A stretch of 64,000 nucleotides of DNA from Nitrosopumilus sp. (lineage in GTDB: Archaea; Thermoproteota; Nitrososphaeria; Nitrososphaerales; Nitrosopumilaceae): positions 1 through 64,000 of the forward strand of contig OZ240211.1 in assembly GCA_965197525.1 (NCBI GenBank), written 5' to 3'. Under the pieces are notes generated by a model. The model saw nothing but the letters and a program-made list of their open reading frames with translations, was not told the DNA's origin and did no database searches. Shown here one piece after another: positions 19,680-30,168 of this stretch (the stretch's first letter is position 1; the number at the start of each line of letters is the position of its first letter). A program made the position numbers and the translations under genes.

Positions 19680-19775
19680 GCTGTCTAGCTGATAAATTGT
19701 CCGCTTTTCTTATATGGAAAATACTGCCTACATGTTTCAGATGAAACACACATCCAGAATTGAAAAGGAGGTGAA

Positions 19776-19865
19776 ATGATGGGCAAGGCAGGACGAGGTG
19801 GTGGCAAAGGCAAAGCCGGCGGTGCTAGCAAGACCGGAAATCCATCCGGAAAGAACCCTCACTAG
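19776..19865 (+). CDS. 29-aa Gly/Lys-rich peptide MMGKAGRGGGKGKAGGASKTGNPSGKNPH (below ORF-track cutoff)
   Basis: Strong Shine-Dalgarno AAGGAGGTGA directly before ATG; downstream hairpin and T-tract. Confidence 0.6.
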   Translation: MMGKAGRGGGKGKAGGASKTGNPSGKNPH

Positions 19866-19956
19866 TTGCAAAAATGTTCAAAATTCAGTCCTGGAGGAGA
19901 TTAGCCCTCTCACTCTTCTTAGTGACCGAGCATGCTAGAAAACAACCCTCAGGTCC

Positions 19957-19983
19957 GCCCAGTAATGGGCTGGGCTATTTTTT
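19957..19983 (+). terminator. Hairpin plus T-tract, putative terminator
   Basis: GCCCAG-TAATGGG-CTGGGC followed by TATTTTTT. Confidence 0.5.
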
Positions 19984-20000
19984 AAATACAACTTTATAAT

Positions 20001-21714
20001 CAGTTAACCCAAAAGTGAGCCTAATCTAACATCTAAAAATCAATGCGGTGCTTTCAAATATCGTCATCTTTGAGAAAAAGACAGGCTTGATGGCTATTGT
20101 GTATAGTTTAAAGATTCGTCTGCAGGCAAGACCGAACATGATGGCCTAATCTTCAGAAAAGGTGCTGGTTTTTCTGATACTAGATGTATCAAACATTTTA
20201 AAAATATGAACAGTTTTTTATCCTATCTATTTGTACATCTAACAGAACGTCTGAAATTTGATGTTTGATGCATGTTGCAGCTGTCTAGTACGAACACAGT
20301 GATCCGATGTCAGGCGGCGTCTTATAGCTCGGTTCGTGCCGGGCAAGCACGGTTATTATCTCGATTCGCAGATGTGTCTGCGTCATGCGTTTTGTGTTCT
20401 TGTCTGCCGGCTTGGATGTTGCAGACATCATCGCATTTATCATCACCCAAGCATTGAACATTACCACAGAGTACAAAAAGCAGAATATCCTGGATACGGT
20501 CTTGTTGCTGCGCGTCCGCGCCCTCATCTCTTCTATCATGCGGTATCCTGTCTCTATGCCCCATCTCTTGGAGTACAGTTCGGCATCCTGAATAGGCATG
20601 TTGGTGGCAAATCCAATGAACTCCTCTTCTGGACGTGTATGCACATCGTCTGATTTTTCCCCACTGTCGCTTTTCTTCCTTTTCTTCTTCTTCTTCTTAC
20701 GCTCGGTTATGATTATGGTATACTTTACTGACACTCCGTCGGCATTTGTAATGTATAAACTTGATACTGCCTGCCGTCTTCCCGCAACAAATTCTGCGAT
20801 TGCATCCACTACGACATCTGTGTTCTTGCACGGTACAAGGTAGCCCACATCCATCTTCTCAAGGGTCTCAAAGACACGAGTGGAGAAAAACTCGCGGTCA
20901 AGCAATACGGCCCTGATATTACATCCCACACTGCGGCATATTGCAATCAGGTTGCGTACAAAACCAGGAACATCCTCAAGTGCTCCCATGTGTAGGACTC
21001 CCAGTACAAGACGCGGTCCGCCGTCAACGCACTGCGCTGTGATGTACCTCTCAAACGTCCCGGTTCCATTATTTCTTCTTGAACGCGTCAGATCGATGCC
21101 GGGTTCTTTGTCCCATCGCGGGATCAGGTGCATATCTATTGCAATTACCATACCTTTCTTTGAAACCTGTCCGAGTGCGCGCACCGCATCAAGCTGCAGG
21201 CGCACAGAATTGGCAAAATCTTTCATCATCTCAGTCCTGTCAATCTTGGCAAGAAGTCCGTTGAACCATTCGTCAGTGGGTGATGCCCGATGATGCGTTC
21301 CTGCACCCGTACTCCACTCAATATGATTCCGTACCGCCGAAGCCGTAGCCCCTACAGAAGAGCCGTTGACTGTAGCCCACATCATACCCCTGTTAAAGTC
21401 GTCAAGCCCGTATGTCCTGTTGGGGCTGTCCGATATTTTGATGCACGAGCAGATGCTGTCCTCGGCTGCCCTTACTGCTGCATCATTGCGCCTTTTATGC
21501 TGGCCGAACCATGATGATGAGAGACGAATGTTTTGATTTGACACGTCATATTGTCATAAAAGTTATTTTTATGGTATTGTATTAGGTATTGCATAGAATT
21601 ATGTCAAAATTTGTTCAGGCATGAAGTGGTGCTGGTGCACAACAAAGGTAGTTGTTAATTTCATATGTGTTAAGGGAAATGATTCATGTGAATTGCTTAC
21701 TTTTGGGTTAACTG
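20001..21714 (-). mobile_element. ISH3-family (IS4-like) insertion sequence, copy 1
   Basis: TIR CAGTTAACCCAAAAGT at both ends; 5-bp target duplication ATAAT (19996-20000, 21715-21719). Confidence 0.93.
20285..21544 (-). CDS. ISH3-family DDE transposase
   Basis: IAIDMHLIP, VLLDREFF, YSKRWGIETGYR (YREK-like motif). Confidence 0.9.
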   Translation of the reverse strand: MSNQNIRLSSSWFGQHKRRNDAAVRAAEDSICSCIKISDSPNRTYGLDDFNRGMMWATVNGSSVGATASAVRNHIEWSTGAGTHHRASPTDEWFNGLLAKIDRTEMMKDFANSVRLQLDAVRALGQVSKKGMVIAIDMHLIPRWDKEPGIDLTRSRRNNGTGTFERYITAQCVDGGPRLVLGVLHMGALEDVPGFVRNLIAICRSVGCNIRAVLLDREFFSTRVFETLEKMDVGYLVPCKNTDVVVDAIAEFVAGRRQAVSSLYITNADGVSVKYTIIITERKKKKKKRKKSDSGEKSDDVHTRPEEEFIGFATNMPIQDAELYSKRWGIETGYRMIEEMRARTRSNKTVSRIFCFLYSVVMFNAWVMINAMMSATSKPADKNTKRMTQTHLRIEIITVLARHEPSYKTPPDIGSLCSY

Positions 21715-21764
21715 ATAATTAGTGGCAATCTCAAGACCTAACTGATGTTTGATTCTTTTGTAAG

Positions 21765-22406
21765 TCATAGTTTTTTTATATCACGGCTATCGATTACGGT
21801 CTTTGCTTGTACAATATATTCTATCAAATCTTCTCTGTCTACTAATTTTATGTTTGTGCTATTAGCTTGTATGATTGCAGAGTTTGTAAAATATGAGTTT
21901 GTTACCACCCAACCCTCATCTGCACCATAATGTGCTAGGCCGGCATAAACTTCCTGAACTGCCTTGTTTCCAACGTTATTGGAATGTCTCTTGGCCTGCA
22001 CAGCTATCATGCTATCGTTTTTTTTCAGAAGAAGATCTACGCCATAATCTCCTGTTGTGTTGGTGGTTGATACATTGTATCCTAGTACTCTAAACACGCT
22101 CTCTAGAAATGTTTCAAATTCAAAACCAGTCATGTCATCCATGTCTTCGGCTCCAAAGTACACCAGTGCTTGTTCCTTCATTCTCTTATCTGCCTTATCT
22201 GCTTCACTGTTGGAGGACCATCCAGCTGCTAGTATAATCAAGGAGAATATCCAAACTGCAAATCCGCTCCAAAATTCATAGGAGGTTATACCTATGCTTG
22301 TTATCCAAACAAGTACAGAAATAACTATCCACGTAGTTCCTGTTCTTGCCAATACATTGTTGCAATCTGACACATTTATAGAGATATCTGCATCCTTCTT
22401 GATCAT
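21765..22406 (-). CDS. Mrr-family (PD-(D/E)xK) restriction endonuclease with two N-terminal TM helices
   Basis: MTGFEFETFL..GY..TGDYGVDL..AVQAKR..VGNKAVQEV..VTNSYFT; hydrophobic residues ~25-62. Confidence 0.85.
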   Translation of the reverse strand: MIKKDADISINVSDCNNVLARTGTTWIVISVLVWITSIGITSYEFWSGFAVWIFSLIILAAGWSSNSEADKADKRMKEQALVYFGAEDMDDMTGFEFETFLESVFRVLGYNVSTTNTTGDYGVDLLLKKNDSMIAVQAKRHSNNVGNKAVQEVYAGLAHYGADEGWVVTNSYFTNSAIIQANSTNIKLVDREDLIEYIVQAKTVIDSRDIKKL

Positions 22407-22489
22407 TACTAATAAAAATCTGCCATGAGTTACAAAATCCAGAATAAATCATTCACTAAAATCGAATCTCGAGTTGGAATCTAGTAATA

Positions 22490-22728
22490 TACATAGGCAG
22501 AGGTTCAATGGTGCATAATCACGAATATGGAATCCAGAATTCTGTGTTTTTACTATTCTCTGATATTGTACAATGCATGGATAATCATCATGGCGATGAT
22601 TTCTGACAGGACTGAAAGATAGAGTGCCATGATCATGCTGACATGTAAGATACAGGCGGAATCACATCTGATACGCGAGCCCAAACCGCCTGCCTGACGT
22701 CAGATTTGGTGTACATTTCGGTTAGCTG
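22490..22728 (+). pseudogene. Degraded ISH3 right-end remnant
   Basis: RILCFYYSLILYNAWIIIMAMISD matches the ISH3 transposase C-terminus (RIFCFLYSVVMFNAWVMINAMMS); ends in degenerate TIR CATTTCGGTTAGCTG. Confidence 0.65.
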
Positions 22729-22852
22729 ATCGCGTAAGATAGTTTTATAAGATATAATACCTAACATGTAATATCAGAATCTGAATCCTTCAGACTAACG
22801 GGAACCTACGTGGTATAACGGTGGTACTGAGGGTTCTGTGGGTTCTGGGTCA

Positions 22853-23434
22853 TTATTTTAGCAAATCATCACTCATCTCTGTGTGCAGTCTGGCTGCAAG
22901 ATCGATGTTCAGACATCGTTTAATGGATTGGCCGCGCTCGTTACACCATGCTATCGCATCGGCAATTTCATAAGCTTGTCCCCCGTACACTGTACTCATG
23001 CCCCAGTTTTTTCCTGTCAGGTTCATGTCTGAATCGCATTGCATGACAATATCTCGGATCTCACAGTTTCTAGGAAACGCAAAATATTCTATCTTGTCAC
23101 GTATCATTTTCAATAACAGATAATCAAAGTGTTTTTGAATTTTGAACTTTGGTTTGTTTTTTGGACGTAGTTTGGTATTGCAAACTATGTGATCGATGAT
23201 CTTCTGTCTTTCCACATTCAGACACATACCAAGCAGATCATCATTGCCAAACTTTAATTCTTGAAATATTTTCTGTCTCTTTGAGCTAGATAAAGACGAC
23301 ATATGGATTCTAGTCAAGCCGATTTTTTGATAGATTTTGCTAATGCTTTCCTCAGTACCTATGACAACGGCAATATGTCTGGACTGACCATCTCCTGTTA
23401 TATTACCAGATACATCTGCACCTATAATTACCAC
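22853..23434 (-). CDS. Hypothetical protein, possibly DUF3800-like RNase H fold
   Basis: N-terminal IGADVSG and C-terminal YEIADAIAW resemble the DESG...QxADxxA pattern. Confidence 0.5.
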   Translation of the reverse strand: MVIIGADVSGNITGDGQSRHIAVVIGTEESISKIYQKIGLTRIHMSSLSSSKRQKIFQELKFGNDDLLGMCLNVERQKIIDHIVCNTKLRPKNKPKFKIQKHFDYLLLKMIRDKIEYFAFPRNCEIRDIVMQCDSDMNLTGKNWGMSTVYGGQAYEIADAIAWCNERGQSIKRCLNIDLAARLHTEMSDDLLK

Positions 23435-23775
23435 AAACGTATTTTGAATATGCGGTATTTAATTTCTATCGTCTAAAAAGTAGTATGCTTTTATCATATA
23501 TCATAGGAGGAACATGTCATGACGGACTTGGGGTGTAGATCTGGGATAAATATACACCGATGGTGACATCGTGCAGAACGGTGGGGGAATACAGGAAGAC
23601 GCCGTACCAGCGTTATGAAAAAGCTGGACGAATAAAAAATAAAGGCTGTTTTGTGCGCCAAAATCTACGCAAGAGTAATAAGGTACATGATTTTACATAC
23701 ATCCAGTATGAAATCCCATCCTGAATTTCCACTTAAATTAATAAAACAGCATGAAAAAGTAGTGTTAAATCTTAA

Positions 23776-24267
23776 ATGAAGTTACAAGTTCTAATGTTTT
23801 ATCAGGATGATCCAAAAAAATGTACCGCAGCTAAAATAGTAAAATTTGGACTAGCAGAAAAAATCAAGAGGATCAATTCGCGCAGTCTTGTATTGGATCC
23901 TTTTTCTCAAGATCTGTTACTTCCAAAAGACAGATCAAAGATTCGTACCATTGTTGGACTAGACTGTTCTTGGAATTTAGCAGCTGAGACTCTGTCTAAG
24001 AATTTTTCAGGCATCAAAAGACGACTTCCTCCACTCCTTGCAGGTAACCCTGTAAATTACTCAAAATTAAACAAACTAACTACTGTAGAGGCATTATCTG
24101 CCACGCTATTTATTCTGGGTTCAAAGCAGCAGGGTCTAGAGTTACTTGACAAGTTTAGGTGGGGCCACACGTTTTATGATTTAAACTGCAATCTCTTAGA
24201 AGAATATTCCAAACTTGAGGATGCATCCCAGCTCGAATCAATTTTGCAGGATTATGGTTTGATATGA
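23776..24267 (+). CDS. tsr3: rRNA aminocarboxypropyltransferase Tsr3 (DUF367)
   Basis: QDDPKKCTAAK, LDCSW, RRLPPLLAGNPVNYSK, LTTVEAL, FRWGHTF. Confidence 0.93.
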   Translation: MKLQVLMFYQDDPKKCTAAKIVKFGLAEKIKRINSRSLVLDPFSQDLLLPKDRSKIRTIVGLDCSWNLAAETLSKNFSGIKRRLPPLLAGNPVNYSKLNKLTTVEALSATLFILGSKQQGLELLDKFRWGHTFYDLNCNLLEEYSKLEDASQLESILQDYGLI

Positions 24268-24315
24268 TCGTACCTGTTCGTTATCTCTGATCTCTGATGA
24301 GCGACGTCGTTTTTA

Positions 24316-26907
24316 CTATTGAATCTTGTGTCCTGTCTGATCCTTGCTTTTTCGGCGCTGGATTATTATTATTCCTATTACAATGACTATTGCTATTACT
24401 ATTATTATTCCTGATATTATTCCTAAAGTCTGATATCCTGGTTGTTCTTCTTGTAGATGTATGTTACTTTGCATACTTTGTGGCAGTTCTGCATTGTTCT
24501 CAGTTACTATAAAGCTTGATTCATAGAAATCAGGTTTTAGCACTGATTCTGATATTGCAAATATCTTGATACTATTTGCACCTATTCCTAGCTTTTCTGA
24601 TACCTCAGACGATATGTTGATACTTGTCATCATTTCATCTGTGTTGCCATCACTACTATTTACATCATCATCCAATCTGATGGCCTCTGATGCTACTATG
24701 TTCCCCTTGGTGTTTGCCACAAAATACAGTATTGAATCTGAGTTTCTCGTCTCTACTCCGACTGTTATCTCCTCGCCATGTTTGGCTGCATCATCCAACT
24801 CTATCATACTAATTGATGGGAATTCTGCTTCTTCGAATATTGCCCATGCCTGACGATCAAATGGGTATGTGTCATCGTCAAATATGTTTACCTTTATCGT
24901 TCTTGATTCAGGCGAATATGATTCCAGATAAAACGGTCCGTTACTAATCACTGCATGATTGTTATCATCTATCCACTTTATTGATGCATTGTATCTGTCC
25001 TGATAGTACTCTTCTGTATTTTGGTTGTCTCCCCTAAATGCAGATGGAACATGGCCTGTATCTCTGAACTCTTGTAGATATTCTTTAATTATCTGCGCAT
25101 CATTTGGAACTATCAGTGATAGCCAGTTTACATTCTTACTTGTAGCCCCTGATCTTGAGAATGCCACCTTTCCGTCAGTTACGGCCCTCTCCATTGCAGC
25201 TGTTATCTCCCATGGAACAGAACTCCACATCGCTGCCCAATCCGCTATCTCTCCCTGATCAAAGTGCCAATAATCTACATAAACCTCCATTGTATCTGCA
25301 TCAATTGGGTTGACTCCTATTATCGTCTGTATGCTTTGAGCAGCCCTTGGTGTGAACTCTGTGTCAAATGTCTTGTCATTCTCGTCAACTTGAGTTCCCC
25401 ACTCCATAACAAAGTATAACGAGTACAAAACATCTTGTATGTCCATGATTTCTCCATTGTGCCAATTACTAAACTTGAAATCAAACGTGACTTTGCTTGT
25501 TGCATTTACATTGTTTGCATCTACTACCCTATCCCATGTCTGTGATGATGGGTTCCACATGATTGCTTCATCTGGAATGTCTATTCTTCCATTCGGTCCT
25601 GCAGTTTCCACCTCCCACGTTGTTCTAATTGGAAATGTCTCTCCTGTAAATGGGTGTTTTCCTGTTGCAGGATCTGCTATGATGCCCCAGATATGGTTAC
25701 TATACGTGTCAGTTAACCCCATTATTGGGTTCCATGCTCCTTGATAAATCTGTTTTACGCCTATCACGAACTCTTTATGATCGCTTTTTGCATTAATTGG
25801 TGTAAATCTACTTGGAATTCCTGCACCAAAGTCGTTGACTACTCCGCTGACCTTTTGATTTACTACATATTGATCAACGGTACTTGCAAGAAAAATTCTG
25901 ACTGATTCCTCGATTCCTTTTACAACTGCTTTTTGAATTAATTCTGTTCTCTCTTCGGCCGTCTCAAATTCACTTGTGTATATTTTTTGGGTATATCCGT
26001 CTATCTCGTCATTTTTATAGTTCCAGTATGATGGATCGTTGAACCCTGGCATGTTTGAGAACCAAGGAGAGTACATCTGCGCCAATGCTACAGAATCATA
26101 CCTTACAAATGCTGAACTGCCCCATCCCTCTGTGTATAAATGCCATTTAAGATCAGCAGGATTTGAACCATACACTACTACAAATGCTTTATTGAGATCT
26201 CCGAAATCTTTTTTGATTGTAAACCCTATCTTCTCAAGCTCAACTGCTAATATCTCCCCGATAGATTTTCTTACAGGATCGTCACTTCTGATAAACATTG
26301 TAATCTCTATTGGTTCTCCGCCGGCTTGCCATTTACCGTCACTTTTGATTGCGCCTCTCTCTGTTAGAACATTGGAGATGATTTGTTCTGCATACGTTGG
26401 ATTGTATTTGAAATTAAATGTCTCCAGTTGTTCAATTACTGTGAGGTATTCTGGGTTTGATGGACCATAATATGATATGATTGGTGCCCCGTATCCTCCC
26501 ATTAACTCGTTTACTATCAGTTTTCTGTCAACTAGGTAGTTTAGGGCAAATCTAACGTCTCTGCTTGCAAATGGATTAAACTTTTCAGTATCTGCAGGAT
26601 TTACAAGAAGACTAAATGACCCTCCAGTTGAGTCAAACACCTGCAAGTCTCCTCTATTTTGACTGTTCTCTAATCTGTCAGGTGATATTGTATAGTAATA
26701 TGTATCGAGGTTTCCATTTTTTACTTCCTCTAGTGCCGTATTTTCATCTAGATATTGGATGAATTTGACAGAGTCAAAGTATGTCTTCTCATCCCCCTCC
26801 CCCTCATCACCTTGCGCAAATGATTCATTATATGGTACTATCAATAATGTTAACAATACTGGCGCGACTAGTATGAAAGCCAGTAGTTTACTCATACCCT
26901 TCATCAT
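24316..26907 (-). CDS. Peptide ABC transporter substrate-binding protein (family 5) with C-terminal TM anchor
   Basis: Signal peptide, NPFASRDVRFALNYLVDR, SNGPFYLESY, C-terminal hydrophobic helix plus basic tail. Confidence 0.88.
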   Translation of the reverse strand: MMKGMSKLLAFILVAPVLLTLLIVPYNESFAQGDEGEGDEKTYFDSVKFIQYLDENTALEEVKNGNLDTYYYTISPDRLENSQNRGDLQVFDSTGGSFSLLVNPADTEKFNPFASRDVRFALNYLVDRKLIVNELMGGYGAPIISYYGPSNPEYLTVIEQLETFNFKYNPTYAEQIISNVLTERGAIKSDGKWQAGGEPIEITMFIRSDDPVRKSIGEILAVELEKIGFTIKKDFGDLNKAFVVVYGSNPADLKWHLYTEGWGSSAFVRYDSVALAQMYSPWFSNMPGFNDPSYWNYKNDEIDGYTQKIYTSEFETAEERTELIQKAVVKGIEESVRIFLASTVDQYVVNQKVSGVVNDFGAGIPSRFTPINAKSDHKEFVIGVKQIYQGAWNPIMGLTDTYSNHIWGIIADPATGKHPFTGETFPIRTTWEVETAGPNGRIDIPDEAIMWNPSSQTWDRVVDANNVNATSKVTFDFKFSNWHNGEIMDIQDVLYSLYFVMEWGTQVDENDKTFDTEFTPRAAQSIQTIIGVNPIDADTMEVYVDYWHFDQGEIADWAAMWSSVPWEITAAMERAVTDGKVAFSRSGATSKNVNWLSLIVPNDAQIIKEYLQEFRDTGHVPSAFRGDNQNTEEYYQDRYNASIKWIDDNNHAVISNGPFYLESYSPESRTIKVNIFDDDTYPFDRQAWAIFEEAEFPSISMIELDDAAKHGEEITVGVETRNSDSILYFVANTKGNIVASEAIRLDDDVNSSDGNTDEMMTSINISSEVSEKLGIGANSIKIFAISESVLKPDFYESSFIVTENNAELPQSMQSNIHLQEEQPGYQTLGIISGIIIVIAIVIVIGIIIIQRRKSKDQTGHKIQ

Positions 26908-26978
26908 TAAACCATCTAATAAAACCTATATCACGCAAACGATCTGTATGGTTTGGATTAAACATATTAAATCATTTT

Positions 26979-27656
26979 TTGCCAAACTCTATATTCTTAG
27001 TATCAATACCCATACCATTGAAGATTCATCCTAAAACGATCGCAGGATTACCTGTAATAATTCCTGGAGGTATATCTGTTACTGATTTTCATGCAGCTAC
27101 AAACCTAGATCCTACTGATTGCCAAATAATTCTGGACACCTTGATTCGTAATAATATTGGCTTAAAGCAAGACAACATGTACTATTTTGAAGACGGCGAC
27201 AAACTCAGAATTGCTATCCTCTTGCTTGAATCAGGTCTTCCAATAAGCGATATAGCAGTAGCATTGGATTGGCGGGATTTTGAAGGGCTTGCAGGACAAA
27301 TTCTATCCTCCAAAAACTTTGCTGTAATCAAAAATATGATGTTAAAAAATCCTAGAATGGAGATTGATGTAGTTGGTATTCGGTTAGGTATTGCAGTTCT
27401 TATTGACTGCAAACATTGGAAACGCTATAGCGCGTCATCTCTGGCATCTGCTGTCACAAAACAGATAGAGCGTACCAAACAGTATGTTGCAAAGACTCAA
27501 GGTGCTATCGCAGTACCTGTAATTGTTACGCTATACCGAGACCGGATTGACTTTATTGACCGTGTTCCCATCGTGCCAATATTTCAGTTCTCTTCTTTTA
27601 TTGACGAATTTTACGGCAACATTGATCAGATGAAACTCATAGAAAGAGACTCGTGA
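26979..27656 (+). CDS. Restriction-endonuclease-fold (NERD/Mrr-like) conserved hypothetical protein
   Basis: DWRDFEGLAGQIL, EIDVVG, VLIDCKHWK; true start probably ~27020. Confidence 0.7.
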   Translation: MPNSIFLVSIPIPLKIHPKTIAGLPVIIPGGISVTDFHAATNLDPTDCQIILDTLIRNNIGLKQDNMYYFEDGDKLRIAILLLESGLPISDIAVALDWRDFEGLAGQILSSKNFAVIKNMMLKNPRMEIDVVGIRLGIAVLIDCKHWKRYSASSLASAVTKQIERTKQYVAKTQGAIAVPVIVTLYRDRIDFIDRVPIVPIFQFSSFIDEFYGNIDQMKLIERDS

Positions 27657-29415
27657 TAAATAGTCCTGTACAACCAATAACAAATCCTTTTGTAATTTTC
27701 AAAGAGTTATCTAATGCCTTGGAGTAGTCCTCGTATATACTCTGACCCATCACTCTTACTCTAGTTTCGTTCTCTAATATCTCAAACATTCCTTGTATCA
27801 TTGACTTTTCTGCATTCTTTGCAACTTCCAAGTACCACTTTGCCAGCTTTTCTGCACTAGTTATTAATCCCAACTGATAGTATCCATTTCTATTTCTGGC
27901 TTTGACTGGGGCGTAATGTGTATCTGATGTACAAATCTCTACTAGATTGTATCCTTTATTTTCAAATATGCTTACTATCTTCTCTCTTACACCGTTCTCC
28001 ATATTATTTGCATCTGCCCATCCAAGAAAATACTTTTTTTCATTGATTCGAAGGCATAGGATGCCTAAACCACCCATCCCCAAATCTTCAGTCCATACGT
28101 CCATTTTGTCTGAGTTTGCATAACCAAATTCCATTGGGAATTTTTTTTGAGTCATTAGTGTATCAAGACACGTCTTTGCAGCATTTAACATGTCTTGGCC
28201 ATCATCCTCTTTTGAGATCTCTTCTCCCATTGCATTATGTGAGTCAACTATCATCGTTCTTGTGTAGTTTTTGTCTTCGGCATATTGTGCGATTCCTTCT
28301 TTCATATAACTTGGGATATCTTCCATGCCGTGAGGCGATAGAGATAAAATCAGCAGTGGGTCATTCCCAAACAGCATCCCAGTTATTCTTGCTTTGTTTA
28401 TTTGAACAGTTATTGGTTCTGTGCATTGAAACCCACTTTCCTTTGTTTTGCTATCGTCTAAACTCTTCAAATATTTTTCAACCTGTTCTTTTGATGGTAA
28501 ATTTAACGAGTGGTCTGATATGCTGTGCATTACCATTGCAGACGATGCCATTTTTTTGTAAATCATATATGGGATATTACTACCTCCTACAGGATGATAT
28601 GGTCCAGGATGTATGTCAGGCAATATTATCGTAAATTCCGTTTCACCCTCTTTATCTTTTTGAGACTGCGTTGGAGTTGCAGTTGATAATCTTATCTGTA
28701 GTGTTGTTACTCTTGTTTCATTTGAGCGTTTTTCCATTATCTCTTCTGCATCAGTAAAATCGTTTCCCTGTGATGCAAGGTATGCTTGAATTGTTTTGTG
28801 TGTGCTCTCCATTCCCGGTCTTCCTGCTCTGTCAGTCAGAACTGACCAAACACTTGCAATTATAACAAAAGATACGCCATACGATAACGATAGTGGATCA
28901 CTTAGCATTGGTACCCATAACTCCTGTGGGATCAGTACCAAAAACATTGATAACGGTTGCACAAGACATATCGCCCAAGCTTTTTTGAGATTTACTCCAA
29001 GTGTTGTTGTGTATATACCAATTCTAAAACTTGCAAAAAGTAACATTCCAAAAGTGACAAAAAATAGCGATGTCTCCTTTCCTAACACTATGCTTGCCAG
29101 TAATCCCATTAGAAGCGTAACAATCCATAGCATATTTCCAAATAATGACGAATGAAGTGATTTGGAATATTCTTTCTTTTTTGTAAACCTTACATCAATG
29201 AATTGCGTCAATGCCAGTACTCCAACAATTAGTGGGATTCTGTACCACATATCATCTGTTGTTGATTCTCCTAGATATCCAAAATATACTGTAAATGCAA
29301 TTAGTGTACTAATTGTTAGTGATACTGCTAGTGAAAAATAATGTGACGACGGATTTAGTAGGGTAAGAGAAAATCTATTATGTATGTTTGCAACATTGTC
29401 TGGATCTTTTTCCAT
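27637..29415 (-). CDS. DUF2070 family membrane protein
   Basis: Multi-TM N-terminal half; PDIHPGPYHPVGGSN, DSHNA, TSDTH motifs. Confidence 0.85.
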   Translation of the reverse strand: MEKDPDNVANIHNRFSLTLLNPSSHYFSLAVSLTISTLIAFTVYFGYLGESTTDDMWYRIPLIVGVLALTQFIDVRFTKKKEYSKSLHSSLFGNMLWIVTLLMGLLASIVLGKETSLFFVTFGMLLFASFRIGIYTTTLGVNLKKAWAICLVQPLSMFLVLIPQELWVPMLSDPLSLSYGVSFVIIASVWSVLTDRAGRPGMESTHKTIQAYLASQGNDFTDAEEIMEKRSNETRVTTLQIRLSTATPTQSQKDKEGETEFTIILPDIHPGPYHPVGGSNIPYMIYKKMASSAMVMHSISDHSLNLPSKEQVEKYLKSLDDSKTKESGFQCTEPITVQINKARITGMLFGNDPLLILSLSPHGMEDIPSYMKEGIAQYAEDKNYTRTMIVDSHNAMGEEISKEDDGQDMLNAAKTCLDTLMTQKKFPMEFGYANSDKMDVWTEDLGMGGLGILCLRINEKKYFLGWADANNMENGVREKIVSIFENKGYNLVEICTSDTHYAPVKARNRNGYYQLGLITSAEKLAKWYLEVAKNAEKSMIQGMFEILENETRVRVMGQSIYEDYSKALDNSLKITKGFVIGCTGLFITSLFL

Positions 29416-29422
29416 TGTTCCT

Positions 29423-29590
29423 TCAAGGAGCTAAAAACAGATCAATTATCCATGAAACTACGATTAAACTAATCGGAATTGTTACTACAATTTTTGGATC
29501 AATCTTAAATCCTTTTGTTTCATCCTCAAAGAATCTCATGAGGCCTCCACTTGATGCCGGAAGTGGTGCTGATTTCTTGTTACTGCTCAT
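29423..29590 (-). CDS. secG: Preprotein translocase subunit Sec61-beta (55 aa, not in ORF track)
   Basis: MSSNKKSAPLPASSGGLMRFFEDETKGFKIDPKIVVTIPISLIVVSWIIDLFLAP; GLMRFFE..GFKIDP signature and single TM. Confidence 0.88.
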   Translation of the reverse strand: MSSNKKSAPLPASSGGLMRFFEDETKGFKIDPKIVVTIPISLIVVSWIIDLFLAP

Positions 29591-30168
29591 TACAACTCAT
29601 CTTCACGGATTTTAACATAAAAACTTTATTCTGCGCTAGATTTGATGCTAAATTTGCCATATATTTTAGAATTAATGACATTTGCCTGCCATTTGCTTTG
29701 ATTATTTGTTGATAACAACAATACCTTCGCTTACAGAGATATCATTTGTTCTAGATTATTTCATTATTAACAATATCAGTAACAATACTATGGCAACAAT
29801 TCTCTAATGTCAAATCATTTTTGATATTCTCATCACCGCCACCATTCTCATCCCTACCTCCTACCATGACCACTCTGTACTATAGTTACTTTATATGATT
29901 ATCATCTGCAACCATCTACTTGTAACAGATCATTAACAGACGTATCATCAATTCTAAAATCATAACTACACAAATGGTTCTATACATATTCCTTGGTTGT
30001 TTATTATTTGATAATGCCTTGAGATAAAATTTACAAATACTAAATAATTATCTTAAACTGTTTTTGATCTAGTTTACACTTTGAATGGTAATCAGGATAA
30101 CAAAAGTTGATAAATTAATGTGAATTAACTTACCACAAGATCTAAAACTGATTGTGACTATTTAATAT

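Noticed and set aside
20322-21514. Short overlapping ORFs inside the IS copies and antisense to core genes
   Set aside because: They are shadow frames of longer recognisable genes, repeated only because the IS is duplicated.
3670-26907. ABC ATPase and substrate-binding gene 20 kb apart as evidence of rearrangement
   Set aside because: Cannot be judged without synteny data; the two may belong to separate loci.
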